From Calditrichaceae bacterium (GTDB lineage Bacteria > Calditrichota > Calditrichia > Calditrichales > JBFXGD01): a stretch of DNA of 64,000 nucleotides. The notes below the pieces were generated by a model, which was given only the letters and a program-made list of their open reading frames with translations, was not told where the DNA came from and made no database searches. The stretch spans positions 1-64,000 of the forward strand of contig JBFXLE010000014.1 in the NCBI GenBank assembly GCA_050173015.1, given 5' to 3'. Positions within the stretch are counted from its first letter, which is position 1. Each line of letters opens with the position of its first letter. A program made the position numbers and the translations under genes. Positions 38,922 through 49,196 of the stretch are shown in pieces.

Positions 38922-39085
38922 AACTGTAAAAGGAGAATATTATATCGGGTTACAAAAGTTCCCGAGTTTAAGGTCGGCTCTGTCAGTTGAATAACATGTT
39001 TCAGAAAAATATTTGCCAGATTTGAAAGATTAGTTTTACAATCAGTCTTGATTTGTAAGAAAAATTAACCAGACAGGAGGTTTGT

Positions 39086-40099
39086 ATGGCCGTGAAATTG
39101 GAAGACGCGAGAAGAATTTTAGCAGAAGCCCGTAAGGAACTGCACAGCAAGCCAAACGTAATTGCCACAGGTATCGGTTACAAAACAACACAAGGGGAGC
39201 GGACAAAAGATCTGGCCTTAATCTGTTCAGTGGATACCAAAAAAACCAAGAATGCCCTTAGCGCGATGGAACTCATTCCCGCGAGTATTCAAAATATCCC
39301 TACTGATGTTTATCCCACCGGTTTAATTCACGCTTTTCAGCCTCCGACCGGACGATTTCGCCCTGCTCCGGGAGGCGTTAGTATCGGGCATAAAGATATC
39401 ACAGCCGGTACATTGGGATGTCTTGTAAAGAAAAACAATAAACTGTTCATTTTATCCAATAATCATGTGCTCGCTAACAGCAACAATGCAGTTAAAGGTG
39501 ATGCGATTCTTCAGCCGGGACCTTATGACGGAGGCAAATATCCTCAGGATTATATCGCCAAACTGGATGAATTTATCAAAATTGAATTTGATAACAGTAA
39601 CGGCGGAGGAACGGGACCATGCCAGATCGGCAGCGCCGCGGCGGGTATTTTAAACGGTTTAGCCGCATTGTTCGGCAGTAAAACGCGACTGCGTAGTTTT
39701 AGGCCGTCCGCAAGTGAAAATAAAGTGGACTGCGCGCTGGCGGAGCCACTTCAACAGGATTTTGTTAAGAATGAAATTCTGGAAATTGGCGCAATAGCCG
39801 GAAGTGCCGAAGGTTCCCTTGGAATGAGTGTTAAAAAAAGCGGGCGGACCACGGGATTGACTACAGGCAATATCATTCAAATAGATGTCACCGTTCAGGT
39901 AAGCTATGGTACAAATAAGATTGCCACCTTTGTCGATCAGTTGATGGCGGGAAATATGAGTCAGGGCGGAGACAGCGGGTCTGCCGTTTTAAGCGATGAC
40001 AATAAAATCGTGGGTCTCTTGTTTGCGGGGAGCAATACGAGCACCATCATTAACAGAATCCAGGATGTTTTTAGTTTATTGCAGGTAACCTTACCGTAA
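39086..40099 (+). CDS. Trypsin-like (S1, Nal1-like) serine protease with N-terminal domain, no signal peptide
   Basis: RFRPAPGGVSIG, AGTLG, LSNNHV (His), VDCA (Asp), KSGRTTGLT, GDSGS (Ser), VGLLFAG. AGGAGG RBS. Confidence 0.85.
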   Translation: MAVKLEDARRILAEARKELHSKPNVIATGIGYKTTQGERTKDLALICSVDTKKTKNALSAMELIPASIQNIPTDVYPTGLIHAFQPPTGRFRPAPGGVSIGHKDITAGTLGCLVKKNNKLFILSNNHVLANSNNAVKGDAILQPGPYDGGKYPQDYIAKLDEFIKIEFDNSNGGGTGPCQIGSAAAGILNGLAALFGSKTRLRSFRPSASENKVDCALAEPLQQDFVKNEILEIGAIAGSAEGSLGMSVKKSGRTTGLTTGNIIQIDVTVQVSYGTNKIATFVDQLMAGNMSQGGDSGSAVLSDDNKIVGLLFAGSNTSTIINRIQDVFSLLQVTLP

Positions 40100-40174
40100 T
40101 GATGGAAAAAAAAGGAGCAAACATAAAATATTTTCGTATAAAACAAAAGGTTTGCAGAAAAGAGGAATTTTTAG

Positions 40175-40402
40175 TTGAACACGGATATTGAGAAAGTCCG
40201 GGAAATAAAGATGAAATATGAAGCATACTGGATTAAGAAAAGAAATGTGATCGCGGTTGGAATAGGAAACACGCGTGACGGCCGCGTAGGTGTGATCATT
40301 TCAGTAAAAAAACTGAGCAAGAAGGTTCTTGCCCAGTTCCCGGATGAAATTGACCTTGTGCCGATCGAACTCAATGAGAGCGGCGAAATACAGGCCTTTT
40401 AA
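40175..40402 (+). CDS. Small protein homologous to the N-terminal domain of the adjacent protease
   Basis: AGAGGA RBS before TTG. KRNVIAVGIG...IISV...PDEIDLVP...GEIQAF aligns with the protease's KPNVIATGIG...ICSV...PASIQNIP...GLIHAF. Confidence 0.75.
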   Translation: MNTDIEKVREIKMKYEAYWIKKRNVIAVGIGNTRDGRVGVIISVKKLSKKVLAQFPDEIDLVPIELNESGEIQAF

Positions 40403-40415
40403 CCGGTCCGGAAAT

Positions 40416-41189
40416 ATGCTTATGATACCGGAATTTAATACCACCCTGCGGCTTTCACGGGATCAGTATTTTTTGGATGTCGGTTATAAGAATTTAATCG
40501 TATTGCATCATACAGCCGGGGGGTCGGCTGTAAGCACCTTTTACTGGTGGCAGAATTATGATCTAAGAAGAGTCGCTACCGCCTACATAGTGGAACGCGA
40601 CGGAACGATTTTTGAAATATTCAATCCCTCATGCTGGGCTTTTCATCTTGGATTGGCCGGTACGGGCGGCGCGCATGATTACAGAAGTATCGGGATTGAA
40701 CTGGCTTCGGAAGGCGGTCTGATCGCCCGGGGAAGCCGGTTTTATGCTTTTGACCTCGTATCACCGGTAACCGAATACACCGGTAATGTTTTTGATTATG
40801 GAAAAAAGTGGAGAAATTCCTACCGTTTTTTTGCGCAATACACCGAAGAACAGATGAATGCCGCTGTGGAACTGGTAAATTATCTTTGTACAGATTTCGC
40901 GGTTCCGCGGCGGACACCCGCCGCTCACACGGATTATATTCCGGAGGCTCGAGAATACAGGGGGATCATCGGACATCATCATGTACGAGGGGATAAGACG
41001 GATTTGCATCCGGGATTTGCCTGGGATACACTGATAAGAAGATGCGATTTGGATGTGACCGATTTTGAAGGCACCTCATATTTTGCGCAGCGATCTAAAA
41101 AATCACCTTCAAATTATTTAGTCAGTATAAGGAATAATAGAAGGAGAATTTCAATCCGGAAAGCTATGACGGACAGGTTGATTAAATGA
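40416..41189 (+). CDS. N-acetylmuramoyl-L-alanine amidase (Amidase_2 family)
   Basis: IVLHHTAG, YIVERDGTI, WAFHLG, SIGIEL, YTEEQ, IIGHHHVRGDKTD.HPGF.W. Confidence 0.85.
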   Translation: MLMIPEFNTTLRLSRDQYFLDVGYKNLIVLHHTAGGSAVSTFYWWQNYDLRRVATAYIVERDGTIFEIFNPSCWAFHLGLAGTGGAHDYRSIGIELASEGGLIARGSRFYAFDLVSPVTEYTGNVFDYGKKWRNSYRFFAQYTEEQMNAAVELVNYLCTDFAVPRRTPAAHTDYIPEAREYRGIIGHHHVRGDKTDLHPGFAWDTLIRRCDLDVTDFEGTSYFAQRSKKSPSNYLVSIRNNRRRISIRKAMTDRLIK

Positions 41190-41611
41190 CTTGGATTTGA
41201 TAAAACAGATGATGTCATTGTTTAATAATTTTTTTGCAAATATTTCTTTTTTAATCTAATTTTATAAAAAAAATTCGTATTTCCGCGTCGCGCGTTGGAT
41301 AACTAACTCCCATAAAATTTAATCAGCGGAAATATTTCGCGGCTGTTACATGTTAAAAGCCGCAATTTACCTGATCATTATGCATGTTAATAGTATCTGT
41401 CTCACGCGCGATTTAAAAATTGTTTTTATAGGTGAGGCACTTGATTAAAATGTTTTTCTAAATTATAATACTATTAACCGGTAGAATTTAATTCGGTTGT
41501 TAACTGATCTTTGTGATTATAGTCGGCTAATGTTTAATAGATATATAGAGTATCTCCTCAAGAAATTGAATGATGTAAATCATATTCATACTGAGATGAA
41601 AGCTAGATTCG

Positions 41612-44374
41612 ATGTATCAAATACGTCTGTCAAAAGATTGGTCACGGTTATTGGTTCTTATATCCGGCGGGATGACGCTCGTGATTGGAATAGCCGGATT
41701 AATTGGCTGGTACGCGCAGAATCAAACCTTCCTACATTTACTGCCGGCCCACGTTCCTATTTATCATAATACTTCACTTGGGTTCCTCTTATGCGGTATC
41801 GGATTGCTTTCCGGAACTTATAAGAAGAACTTTCCGGGTATGGTAGTCGGTGTTTTTATCATCTTTTCAAGTCTTTTTGCCCTCCTTGTTTATTATAAGT
41901 TTCTCAATACGAGCTGGATTTTTTCTATAACGGATATTACATTACCTAAAGAAAATGACGTTTATACGGATGCGTTATTCAGGTATATAGCCTTTTCTTT
42001 TTTATTATGTGGTATGGCCATTCTATGTATGAGCATTACCACTCGTTTTCTCTTCCGTCCCCTGGTGTTAGGGGTTCTCGGTATTTTAATCGCGGGCCGG
42101 GCGCTGGTCGCATCCTTTTCTTATGTTAGCGGGATACATTTCCCGGTATTTGGAGAAGAGGGTATGGATTTTAACATTATTCTTGGTTTTGGGCTGATTG
42201 GTATGGGGGTGATCGCTCAGGCTTTTCAGATTGAAAAAACAAGCAAGAGGACGCTGCACCGCTGGCTGCCCAGCGTTGTACTCACCGGCGCTTTATTTCT
42301 TACGATCGTTCTCTGGCAGGCGATGCTGGAAGAATCAAGGGAAACCATTGACAGAACCACCAACATCACCGCGCGCAGTATTGAACGTGAAATTGAAAAT
42401 AAAGCAAAAGACAGAGTGGGCGCCCTTGAGCGTATGGGCAGACGCTGGGAGATATGGGGAAGACCGGAGAAGTCGGCGTGGGAATCGGACGCGGCGTTAT
42501 ATATAAAGCACTATCCGGGCATCATGATACTAGAATGGATCGATTCGGATTTTCAGATCCAATGGCAGGTAAATTCTGATTCAATTAATCATGAATATGT
42601 TCATCATAAACCATCTGATCATCATCTTGAGATACTAAAAAAATCATTTGACCTTCGTAAATCAATGATATCAAAGTCCGATATCTTATTTGATCAGAGA
42701 CAAGGGTTTTATATTTGCGTTCCTGTTTTTGTGAATGACAAGTTTGATGGATTTATTTCGGCATATGTTAATTCAAATATATTTTTTGACCTGGCCATTC
42801 ATAACTCCTATCTGAATTCTTACTCCATTTTAATAAGTGATGACGAAAATATCATATTTGGGCAACAGGAAAGACGTGATTCTGATATAATGGAATGGAC
42901 AAAAGAATTTCAAATCAATCAGTATGGCGTTAAATGGATTGTCAAATTATGGCCGGGAAAACAATTACGCGCGGATCTGGTGACACCGCTGCCAAAATTA
43001 GTACTATCTATCGGTGTTTTGCTGGCAATCCTTCTCGCATTTACAACTTATCTGGCGCAAACAGCGCGAAAAAAATCCAGAGAAGTAGTGGAATCTCAAA
43101 AAAATCTGGAGTTTTTGGTGCAGGCAAGCAGAACGATGAATACATCTCTTGACTATCACATCACCCTCGAAAATCTGGCTAAACTGACGATTCCGGGTCT
43201 GGCGGATATCTGCACGGTTTTTGTCAGGGAGAGCGATAATAACATTCGCCTGGTTAGTGTAGCCCATCGGGACCCGGCTGTTGTTGAACGCGCCGGTCAT
43301 TTAAAAACGCGCTATGAGATAAACCGCGATATCGGAATGGGTATTCAGAAGGTGATTTCCGAAGGGAAAGCGGAACTATTTGCCGACATCACCAATGATA
43401 TGATACCAAAAATTACGCTGGATGATGATCATTGCCGTTTTATCACTGATATCGGACCTAAATCCGGTATGGTTGTACCGTTGCTATCAAGAGGAAAAGT
43501 ACTTGGCGCCATAACTTTTGGTTTAACAGACGGTGACCGACGGTACACGGGCAGCGATCTGAAACTCGCGGAAGACCTGGCGTTAAGGGCTGCTCAGGCG
43601 GTGGATAACGCGAAATTATACAGCGAAGCGCGATTATTAAATGAAGAGCTGGAAACACGGGTAAATCAACGAACCTCTGAACTTGCCATCGCTAACAGAG
43701 AACTGGAAGCATTCTCCTATTCCGTTTCCCATGATTTAAGGGCGCCTCTGAGGCATGTTTCCGGATTTGTGGATTTGTTAAAAAAACATGCCGGAAAGTC
43801 GCTGGACGAAAAAGGAAACAGATATATCAGAACCATAGCCGATTCAGCCGTAAGAATGGGGATGCTGATCGATGATCTGCTCAGTTTCTCGAGGATGAGC
43901 CGCGCGGAAGTAAAAAAATCAAGTTTCAAAGTTGCGGACCTTGTCCAGGAGATTATTAAAGAATTACAAACAGAGACCAGGAACCGGAAAGTACTCTGGA
44001 AAATTGATACGCTCCCGGAAATCTATGCGGATCGTTCCATGATAAAACAGGCTTATAGCAATCTGTTGTCAAACGCCGTAAAATATTCCCGTCCGAGAAA
44101 AGAAGCAGTGATTGAAATCGGATTTACAAAAAATGAATTCTTTGTAAGAGATAACGGTGTCGGATTTGATATGAAGTATTATAATAAACTGTTTGGCGTG
44201 TTCCAGCGTTTACATACAGATAGTGAATTTGAAGGAACCGGTATCGGGCTGGCAAATGTCCGGAGAATTATCCATCGTCATGGAGGTACTATTCGCGCTG
44301 AAAGCGCGCCGGATAAAGGCACTACGTTTTACTTTTCAATAGCAAAAGGTAAAGGGGAAAAGCATGATGGGTAA
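41612..44374 (+). CDS. Membrane sensor histidine kinase (multi-TM, CHASE-like, GAF, HisKA, HATPase)
   Basis: Several TM helices; GAF (IPGLADIC...VPLLSRGKVLGAI...EDLALRAAQAVDNA); H-box ELEAFSYSVSHDLRAPLRH; NLLSNAVKY; DNGVGF; FQRLH..SEFEGTGIGLA. Confidence 0.9.
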   Translation: MYQIRLSKDWSRLLVLISGGMTLVIGIAGLIGWYAQNQTFLHLLPAHVPIYHNTSLGFLLCGIGLLSGTYKKNFPGMVVGVFIIFSSLFALLVYYKFLNTSWIFSITDITLPKENDVYTDALFRYIAFSFLLCGMAILCMSITTRFLFRPLVLGVLGILIAGRALVASFSYVSGIHFPVFGEEGMDFNIILGFGLIGMGVIAQAFQIEKTSKRTLHRWLPSVVLTGALFLTIVLWQAMLEESRETIDRTTNITARSIEREIENKAKDRVGALERMGRRWEIWGRPEKSAWESDAALYIKHYPGIMILEWIDSDFQIQWQVNSDSINHEYVHHKPSDHHLEILKKSFDLRKSMISKSDILFDQRQGFYICVPVFVNDKFDGFISAYVNSNIFFDLAIHNSYLNSYSILISDDENIIFGQQERRDSDIMEWTKEFQINQYGVKWIVKLWPGKQLRADLVTPLPKLVLSIGVLLAILLAFTTYLAQTARKKSREVVESQKNLEFLVQASRTMNTSLDYHITLENLAKLTIPGLADICTVFVRESDNNIRLVSVAHRDPAVVERAGHLKTRYEINRDIGMGIQKVISEGKAELFADITNDMIPKITLDDDHCRFITDIGPKSGMVVPLLSRGKVLGAITFGLTDGDRRYTGSDLKLAEDLALRAAQAVDNAKLYSEARLLNEELETRVNQRTSELAIANRELEAFSYSVSHDLRAPLRHVSGFVDLLKKHAGKSLDEKGNRYIRTIADSAVRMGMLIDDLLSFSRMSRAEVKKSSFKVADLVQEIIKELQTETRNRKVLWKIDTLPEIYADRSMIKQAYSNLLSNAVKYSRPRKEAVIEIGFTKNEFFVRDNGVGFDMKYYNKLFGVFQRLHTDSEFEGTGIGLANVRRIIHRHGGTIRAESAPDKGTTFYFSIAKGKGEKHDG

Positions 44375-44810
44375 GGTAAAGAAAATTCTTCTTGTTGAGG
44401 ACGATAAAAATGATCTGGAATTGACGCTGTCAGCTCTGGATGAAAATCATCTGAGCAATGAGATTGATATAGTGAGAGACGGTGAAGAGGCTCTTGATTA
44501 TTTATACCGGCGCGGACGGTTTAAAGATCGGGACAAGGAAAATCCGGCGGTTATTTTACTGGACCTTAAGCTGCCAAAAGTTAATGGCATGGAAGTTCTT
44601 AAGCAGGTTAAAGGAGATCCGGATCTAAAATCGATACCTATTGTAATGCTCACATCTTCCCGTGAGGAAAAGGATCTGGTGAGCAGCTATAATCTTGGTG
44701 TGAACGCTTTTGTAGTTAAACCGGTGGAATTCGAGCGGTTTGTGGATGCCGTAAAACAGCTTGGATTGTTCTGGGCGGTTTTGAACGAAGCGCCATCGGC
44801 AAAATTGTGA
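44364..44810 (+). CDS. Single-domain response regulator (Rcp1-like)
   Basis: ILLVEDD, LLDLKLPKVNG, IVMLTSSREE.D, NAFVVKPV. Confidence 0.9.
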   Translation: MMGKVKKILLVEDDKNDLELTLSALDENHLSNEIDIVRDGEEALDYLYRRGRFKDRDKENPAVILLDLKLPKVNGMEVLKQVKGDPDLKSIPIVMLTSSREEKDLVSSYNLGVNAFVVKPVEFERFVDAVKQLGLFWAVLNEAPSAKL

Positions 44811-44853
44811 TTTTATATTTCAGAATATGTTCATCAACTTTGGAAGGGTTTTT

Positions 44854-47178
44854 ATGAGCAGCGCGTGGCATATATTACATCTGGAGGATAATGACAGGGA
44901 TGCCGATCTCATACAGTCCATTCTCCTGGCTGAAGGTGTCGATTGCAGATTCACAAGAGTTGATAATCAGAATGATTATCTCGCCGCGCTTGATCAGCAT
45001 CAGTTTGATCTGATTCTCGCGGATTATTCTCTGCCGCAGTTTGACGGTCTTTCGGCGCTCAAAATAGCGCAATCCAGTAAGATAAATATCCCGTTTGTCT
45101 TTGTTTCAGGAAGTTTCGGAGAAGAAATCGCCATCGAAACCTTGAAAATGGGGGCGACAGATTATGTGTTGAAAGAAAGACTCAACCGGTTGGCGCCGGC
45201 GGTGAAACGGGCTTATAAGGAGGCGGAAGAGAGAAAAAAACTATTTAAAGCTGAGCAAACTCTTAGGGATAGTGAGGAGCGGTTCCGGAAAATTTTTGAA
45301 GAAGGTCCTTTGGGCATGTCCCTGAATGATATGAATTTCCGTTTTACCGATGTAAACAATACACTTTGCCAAATGCTGGGTTACTCAAAATCAGAACTTC
45401 TCAATAAGAGTTTTCTGGAGATTACGCATCCGGATGACGCCTCCAGAAATCGGGAAAATATTGAGAAACTTTTAAATGGTGAGAGTCAGACTTATCAAAC
45501 TGAAAAACGTTATCTCAGAAAAGATGGAAGTGTTATGTATGCGGGGTTGACAGCCTCGCTCATAAGAAATAATGACGGCAGTCCCATGAGTCTTCTCGGA
45601 ATGGTCGATGATATCACAGAGCGTAAAAAAATGGAAATCGCGCTGGTGGAATCAGAAAAAAAATACCGTACCATTTTTGAAGAGTCGAGAGATGTCATCT
45701 TTATCAGCTCCCCGGATGGCCGGTTTTTAGATGTGAATCCAATAGGAATGGAGATTTTCGGTTATGATTCCATGGAAGATTTTATTGGGATAGATATCGC
45801 AAAAGATCTGTATCAAAATCCGGAAGACCGAAATAAATTTCTTAATAATATGGAACGATTTGGATATGTGAAAAATTATGAAATATTGATGAAGAAAAAA
45901 AGCGGTGAACCGATCGTTTTTGTCGCCACGGCAAGCGTTGTCCGTGATGATAATGGCAATTTGATCGGATATCGGGGTGTTCTCAGGGATGTGACCGAAA
46001 ACCGACAGCTCGAGCGTCAGCTTTTTCAGGCCCAGAAAATGGAATCGATCGGTATGCTTGCCGGAGGAGTAGCCCATGATTTTAACAATATTCTTACGGT
46101 AATTAACGGCCATGCCGAAATGATGCTGATGAAAATGCAATCCACGGACGCTTTCCATAGCGATGCGGTTGCTGTTCTTAAGGCGGGGAAAAGAGCAAGC
46201 AATCTGACACGGCAATTGTTGGCCTTCAGCCGCAAACAAATTATTGAACCAAAAATAGTCGACGTCAATAAAATCATCAACGATCTTGATAAAATGCTTC
46301 ACCGGCTGATCGGTGAAGATATTAGTATTCAGAACGTCTTATATGAAAAGTTAGGATACATAAAGGCTGACCAGGGGCAGATCGAACAAATTATCATCAA
46401 TCTTGTTGTAAACGCCAGGGATGCTATCAATCAGAGAACGGATAAAGCATCCGAAAAGAAAATAACCATTGAAACCTATGACATAAATCTTGACGAACCC
46501 TACGCCGCAAAACATCTTTCTGGAAAAGCCGGACCCTATGCCGTATTAGCGATAAGTGACACGGGAACCGGGATGCCGGATGAGATAAAAGAGAAAATTT
46601 TTGAGCCTTTTTTTACCACTAAGAAAAAAGGAGAGGGAACAGGACTGGGACTTTCAACCGTTTATGGTATAGTAAAACAGAACGAAGGAAGCGTTGAGGT
46701 CTATAGTGAGATAGGCAAAGGCACGACGTTCAAAATATACTGGCCATGCGTCGGTGAATCAGAAATAACGGATCACGAAGATGAGCCGGAAGAGATTATT
46801 GTGGGCGGAAATGAAACAATTTTATTTGTTGAAGATGATTATGCCGTCAGGGGGTTTGCATGCGAGACGCTGCGTTCATTCGGATATAATGTCATCGAAG
46901 CGGAAAATGGACTTGAAGCCCTGGAAATAGCGTATAAAATGAAATTTAAAGATATTTTGGTGATCAGCGATGTAATCATGCCCGAAATGGGAGGGGATGA
47001 GCTGGGAGAGAAACTAAAGAATGTCATCCCAGGATTAAAAGTGCTCTTCGCCTCAGGATACACGGATAATCACATTGTGCGAAGCGGTGTTTTAAAACAG
47101 GGTGTGAATTTTATCCATAAGCCCTATTCAGTGCAGTCACTGGCAAAAAAAGTTAGGTCAATTCTGGATCAAAAATAG
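44854..47178 (+). CDS. Hybrid histidine kinase REC-PAS-PAS-HisKA-HATPase-REC
   Basis: LHLEDN...LADY; two PAS/PAC units (ITHPDD, DITERK; RDVTE); [43 protein letters not shown]-terminal receiver. Confidence 0.9.
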   Translation: MSSAWHILHLEDNDRDADLIQSILLAEGVDCRFTRVDNQNDYLAALDQHQFDLILADYSLPQFDGLSALKIAQSSKINIPFVFVSGSFGEEIAIETLKMGATDYVLKERLNRLAPAVKRAYKEAEERKKLFKAEQTLRDSEERFRKIFEEGPLGMSLNDMNFRFTDVNNTLCQMLGYSKSELLNKSFLEITHPDDASRNRENIEKLLNGESQTYQTEKRYLRKDGSVMYAGLTASLIRNNDGSPMSLLGMVDDITERKKMEIALVESEKKYRTIFEESRDVIFISSPDGRFLDVNPIGMEIFGYDSMEDFIGIDIAKDLYQNPEDRNKFLNNMERFGYVKNYEILMKKKSGEPIVFVATASVVRDDNGNLIGYRGVLRDVTENRQLERQLFQAQKMESIGMLAGGVAHDFNNILTVINGHAEMMLMKMQSTDAFHSDAVAVLKAGKRASNLTRQLLAFSRKQIIEPKIVDVNKIINDLDKMLHRLIGEDISIQNVLYEKLGYIKADQGQIEQIIINLVVNARDAINQRTDKASEKKITIETYDINLDEPYAAKHLSGKAGPYAVLAISDTGTGMPDEIKEKIFEPFFTTKKKGEGTGLGLSTVYGIVKQNEGSVEVYSEIGKGTTFKIYWPCVGESEITDHEDEPEEIIVGGNETILFVEDDYAVRGFACETLRSFGYNVIEAENGLEALEIAYKMKFKDILVISDVIMPEMGGDELGEKLKNVIPGLKVLFASGYTDNHIVRSGVLKQGVNFIHKPYSVQSLAKKVRSILDQK

Positions 47179-47224
47179 ACAAACACCCGCTACACAACAG
47201 AATAATTTCTTCTATGCGATCCGG

Positions 47225-47902
47225 TTAACGTCCGTTTTTGTCTTCTACTATTTTGCCGTCTTTAAGGTGGATTTGCCTGGGACAACGGTCTGAAATATCC
47301 GGGTCATGCGTTATCATCAGTATAGTGTTGCCCTGCTGCCATAATTCCGTAAACAGGTCAATGATTTCCTGACCGGAGTGGCTGTCAAGATTACCCGTGG
47401 GCTCATCAGCCAAAATAATTCGCGGGGCGTTCGCCAGGGCTCTGGCAATCGCGACTCTCTGCTGTTGTCCTCCGGAAAGCTCGTTTGGTTTATGATCCAT
47501 TCTGTCTTCGAGACCCACGCGTTTGAGTAAATCAACCACTCTCGTTTTTCTTTTGGAAGCGGACATCCCGGATAAAATTAATGGCAGCTCTACATTCTCA
47601 TAAGCCGTGGCATATGGCAGAAGATTAAAATTCTGAAAAACAAAACCGATTTTGTGATTGCGTATGGCGGAGAGTTTATTGTCGTCCATTTTCCGGATCG
47701 GCTTCCCGTCAAGGAAATAATTTCCTGAACTGGGTGTGTCAAGACAACCAATCATGTTCATCAGCGTTGATTTACCGGAACCGGAAGGTCCCATAATCGC
47801 CACAAATTCGCCGCCGCTGATATGCAAATCAATTTCTTTAAGAGCATTAACCTTAACTCTTCCGGTGTCGTAAACCCGGGAAATATTTTCCATTTTTATC
47901 AT
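47225..47902 (-). CDS. ABC transporter ATP-binding protein (MacB/LolD family)
   Basis: [44 protein letters not shown]. Confidence 0.93.
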   Translation of the reverse strand: MIKMENISRVYDTGRVKVNALKEIDLHISGGEFVAIMGPSGSGKSTLMNMIGCLDTPSSGNYFLDGKPIRKMDDNKLSAIRNHKIGFVFQNFNLLPYATAYENVELPLILSGMSASKRKTRVVDLLKRVGLEDRMDHKPNELSGGQQQRVAIARALANAPRIILADEPTGNLDSHSGQEIIDLFTELWQQGNTILMITHDPDISDRCPRQIHLKDGKIVEDKNGR

Positions 47903-47934
47903 TTCGCTTCTCCGGTTAATAAAATCTGTGCCAT

Positions 47935-49185
47935 TTATTCGTACCTTAGTGCCTCCACGGGTTCAATTTTTGAAGCGCGTCTCGCGGGAAAATAACCCGA
48001 AGCCAGACCTACGATTCCGAGAATAATAGTTGTTGCCAGCGCGATGGGCAAAGAGAAAGTCGGTTTTCCCAGAAACTGAAGGGGACCTTCAGCTACCGGT
48101 ATGCCCTGCAAAATCTTGATGATGAATAAGGCGATCATTCCGCCGATCAGGCCACCCGCCAGCGCGATAAAAAAGGCTTCCGATACAATCTGGGATTTAA
48201 TAAAAGCGCGGTTGGCTCCAATGGCCCGTTTAACACCAATTTCCCTTGTTCTTTCTTTCACCGATACATACATCGTATTGGCGACACCGATACTGGCGAT
48301 CAGGAGCGTAAGAGCGCCAATCACCCCTAGAAACAGCTGAATGCCATCCATAATCAATTTTACTATCTTCGAATTTTCAATGGTGTCCCAAACGAAGAGC
48401 GCCTTGTTGTCATCCGGGTCAAAACGGTATTTTCTCCCCAATACTCTGAATACTTCTTTTTTTACAAATGGGGCGGATTCCGCATGCTCAACCTGATAAA
48501 CGATACGGCTCAGGTGTCTTCTTCCAAACAGTGATTTGAAAGTAGTCAATGGTATGCTTGCTTTTCCGGCATCGGGACCGTTATACATGCTCATCTGCAT
48601 TTTATTTTTCATAACACCAATAACGGTGAAAGGAATATTATTGACTTTTATCGTCTTCCCAACGGCGGGCTCATCGCCAATCAATCGTTGTTTTAATTCA
48701 TCTCCAAGAAAGATCACGCGTCGGCTCTGCTCTATATCTATTTTGTTTATAAATCTGCCTCCGGCATCGGGATAGTGAGTGCGCATATCCTCAAAGGATG
48801 GAAGCACGCCCGTAAAGCGGTCTGTCAGGGTCGTTTTACCGTAGTTGAATGAGGCTCCCCAGTAATCATATTCACCGCTGATTCTTGTTATCTCAGGGAT
48901 CTCTTTCTTTAACAATTCAACATCTTCTCCTGTAAAATTTATTTGCCGGCCTTTAGGAAGTCCCTGATAAACTTTGCCGGTTTGTCCTCCATTAACGATA
49001 ACAATATTAATCCCCAGCCCCTTCTCTGTTATACTCATCTGCCGTTTTAAACCTTCTCCGAAAGAAAGCAGGAGAATAATGGACAGAGTGCCCCATGCGA
49101 TGGCAGAAATGGTAAGCATAATGCGTTTGCGTTGTATTTTCATTTCCTTTAAAAAGAGACGGAATAGATACCAATTTTTTATCAT
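47935..49185 (-). CDS. ABC transporter permease (MacB/FtsX family)
   Basis: N-terminal TM, periplasmic domain (GGRFIN..D), SVKERTREIGVKRAIGA, PARRASKIEPVEALRYE. Confidence 0.9.
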   Translation of the reverse strand: MIKNWYLFRLFLKEMKIQRKRIMLTISAIAWGTLSIILLLSFGEGLKRQMSITEKGLGINIVIVNGGQTGKVYQGLPKGRQINFTGEDVELLKKEIPEITRISGEYDYWGASFNYGKTTLTDRFTGVLPSFEDMRTHYPDAGGRFINKIDIEQSRRVIFLGDELKQRLIGDEPAVGKTIKVNNIPFTVIGVMKNKMQMSMYNGPDAGKASIPLTTFKSLFGRRHLSRIVYQVEHAESAPFVKKEVFRVLGRKYRFDPDDNKALFVWDTIENSKIVKLIMDGIQLFLGVIGALTLLIASIGVANTMYVSVKERTREIGVKRAIGANRAFIKSQIVSEAFFIALAGGLIGGMIALFIIKILQGIPVAEGPLQFLGKPTFSLPIALATTIILGIVGLASGYFPARRASKIEPVEALRYE

Positions 49186-49196
49186 GTATTTATCCT

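Noticed and set aside
41612-44374. Bacteriophytochrome
   Set aside because: The transmitter is Cph1-like, but the input is membrane/CHASE-like plus one GAF, with no PAS-GAF-PHY module or DIP motif.
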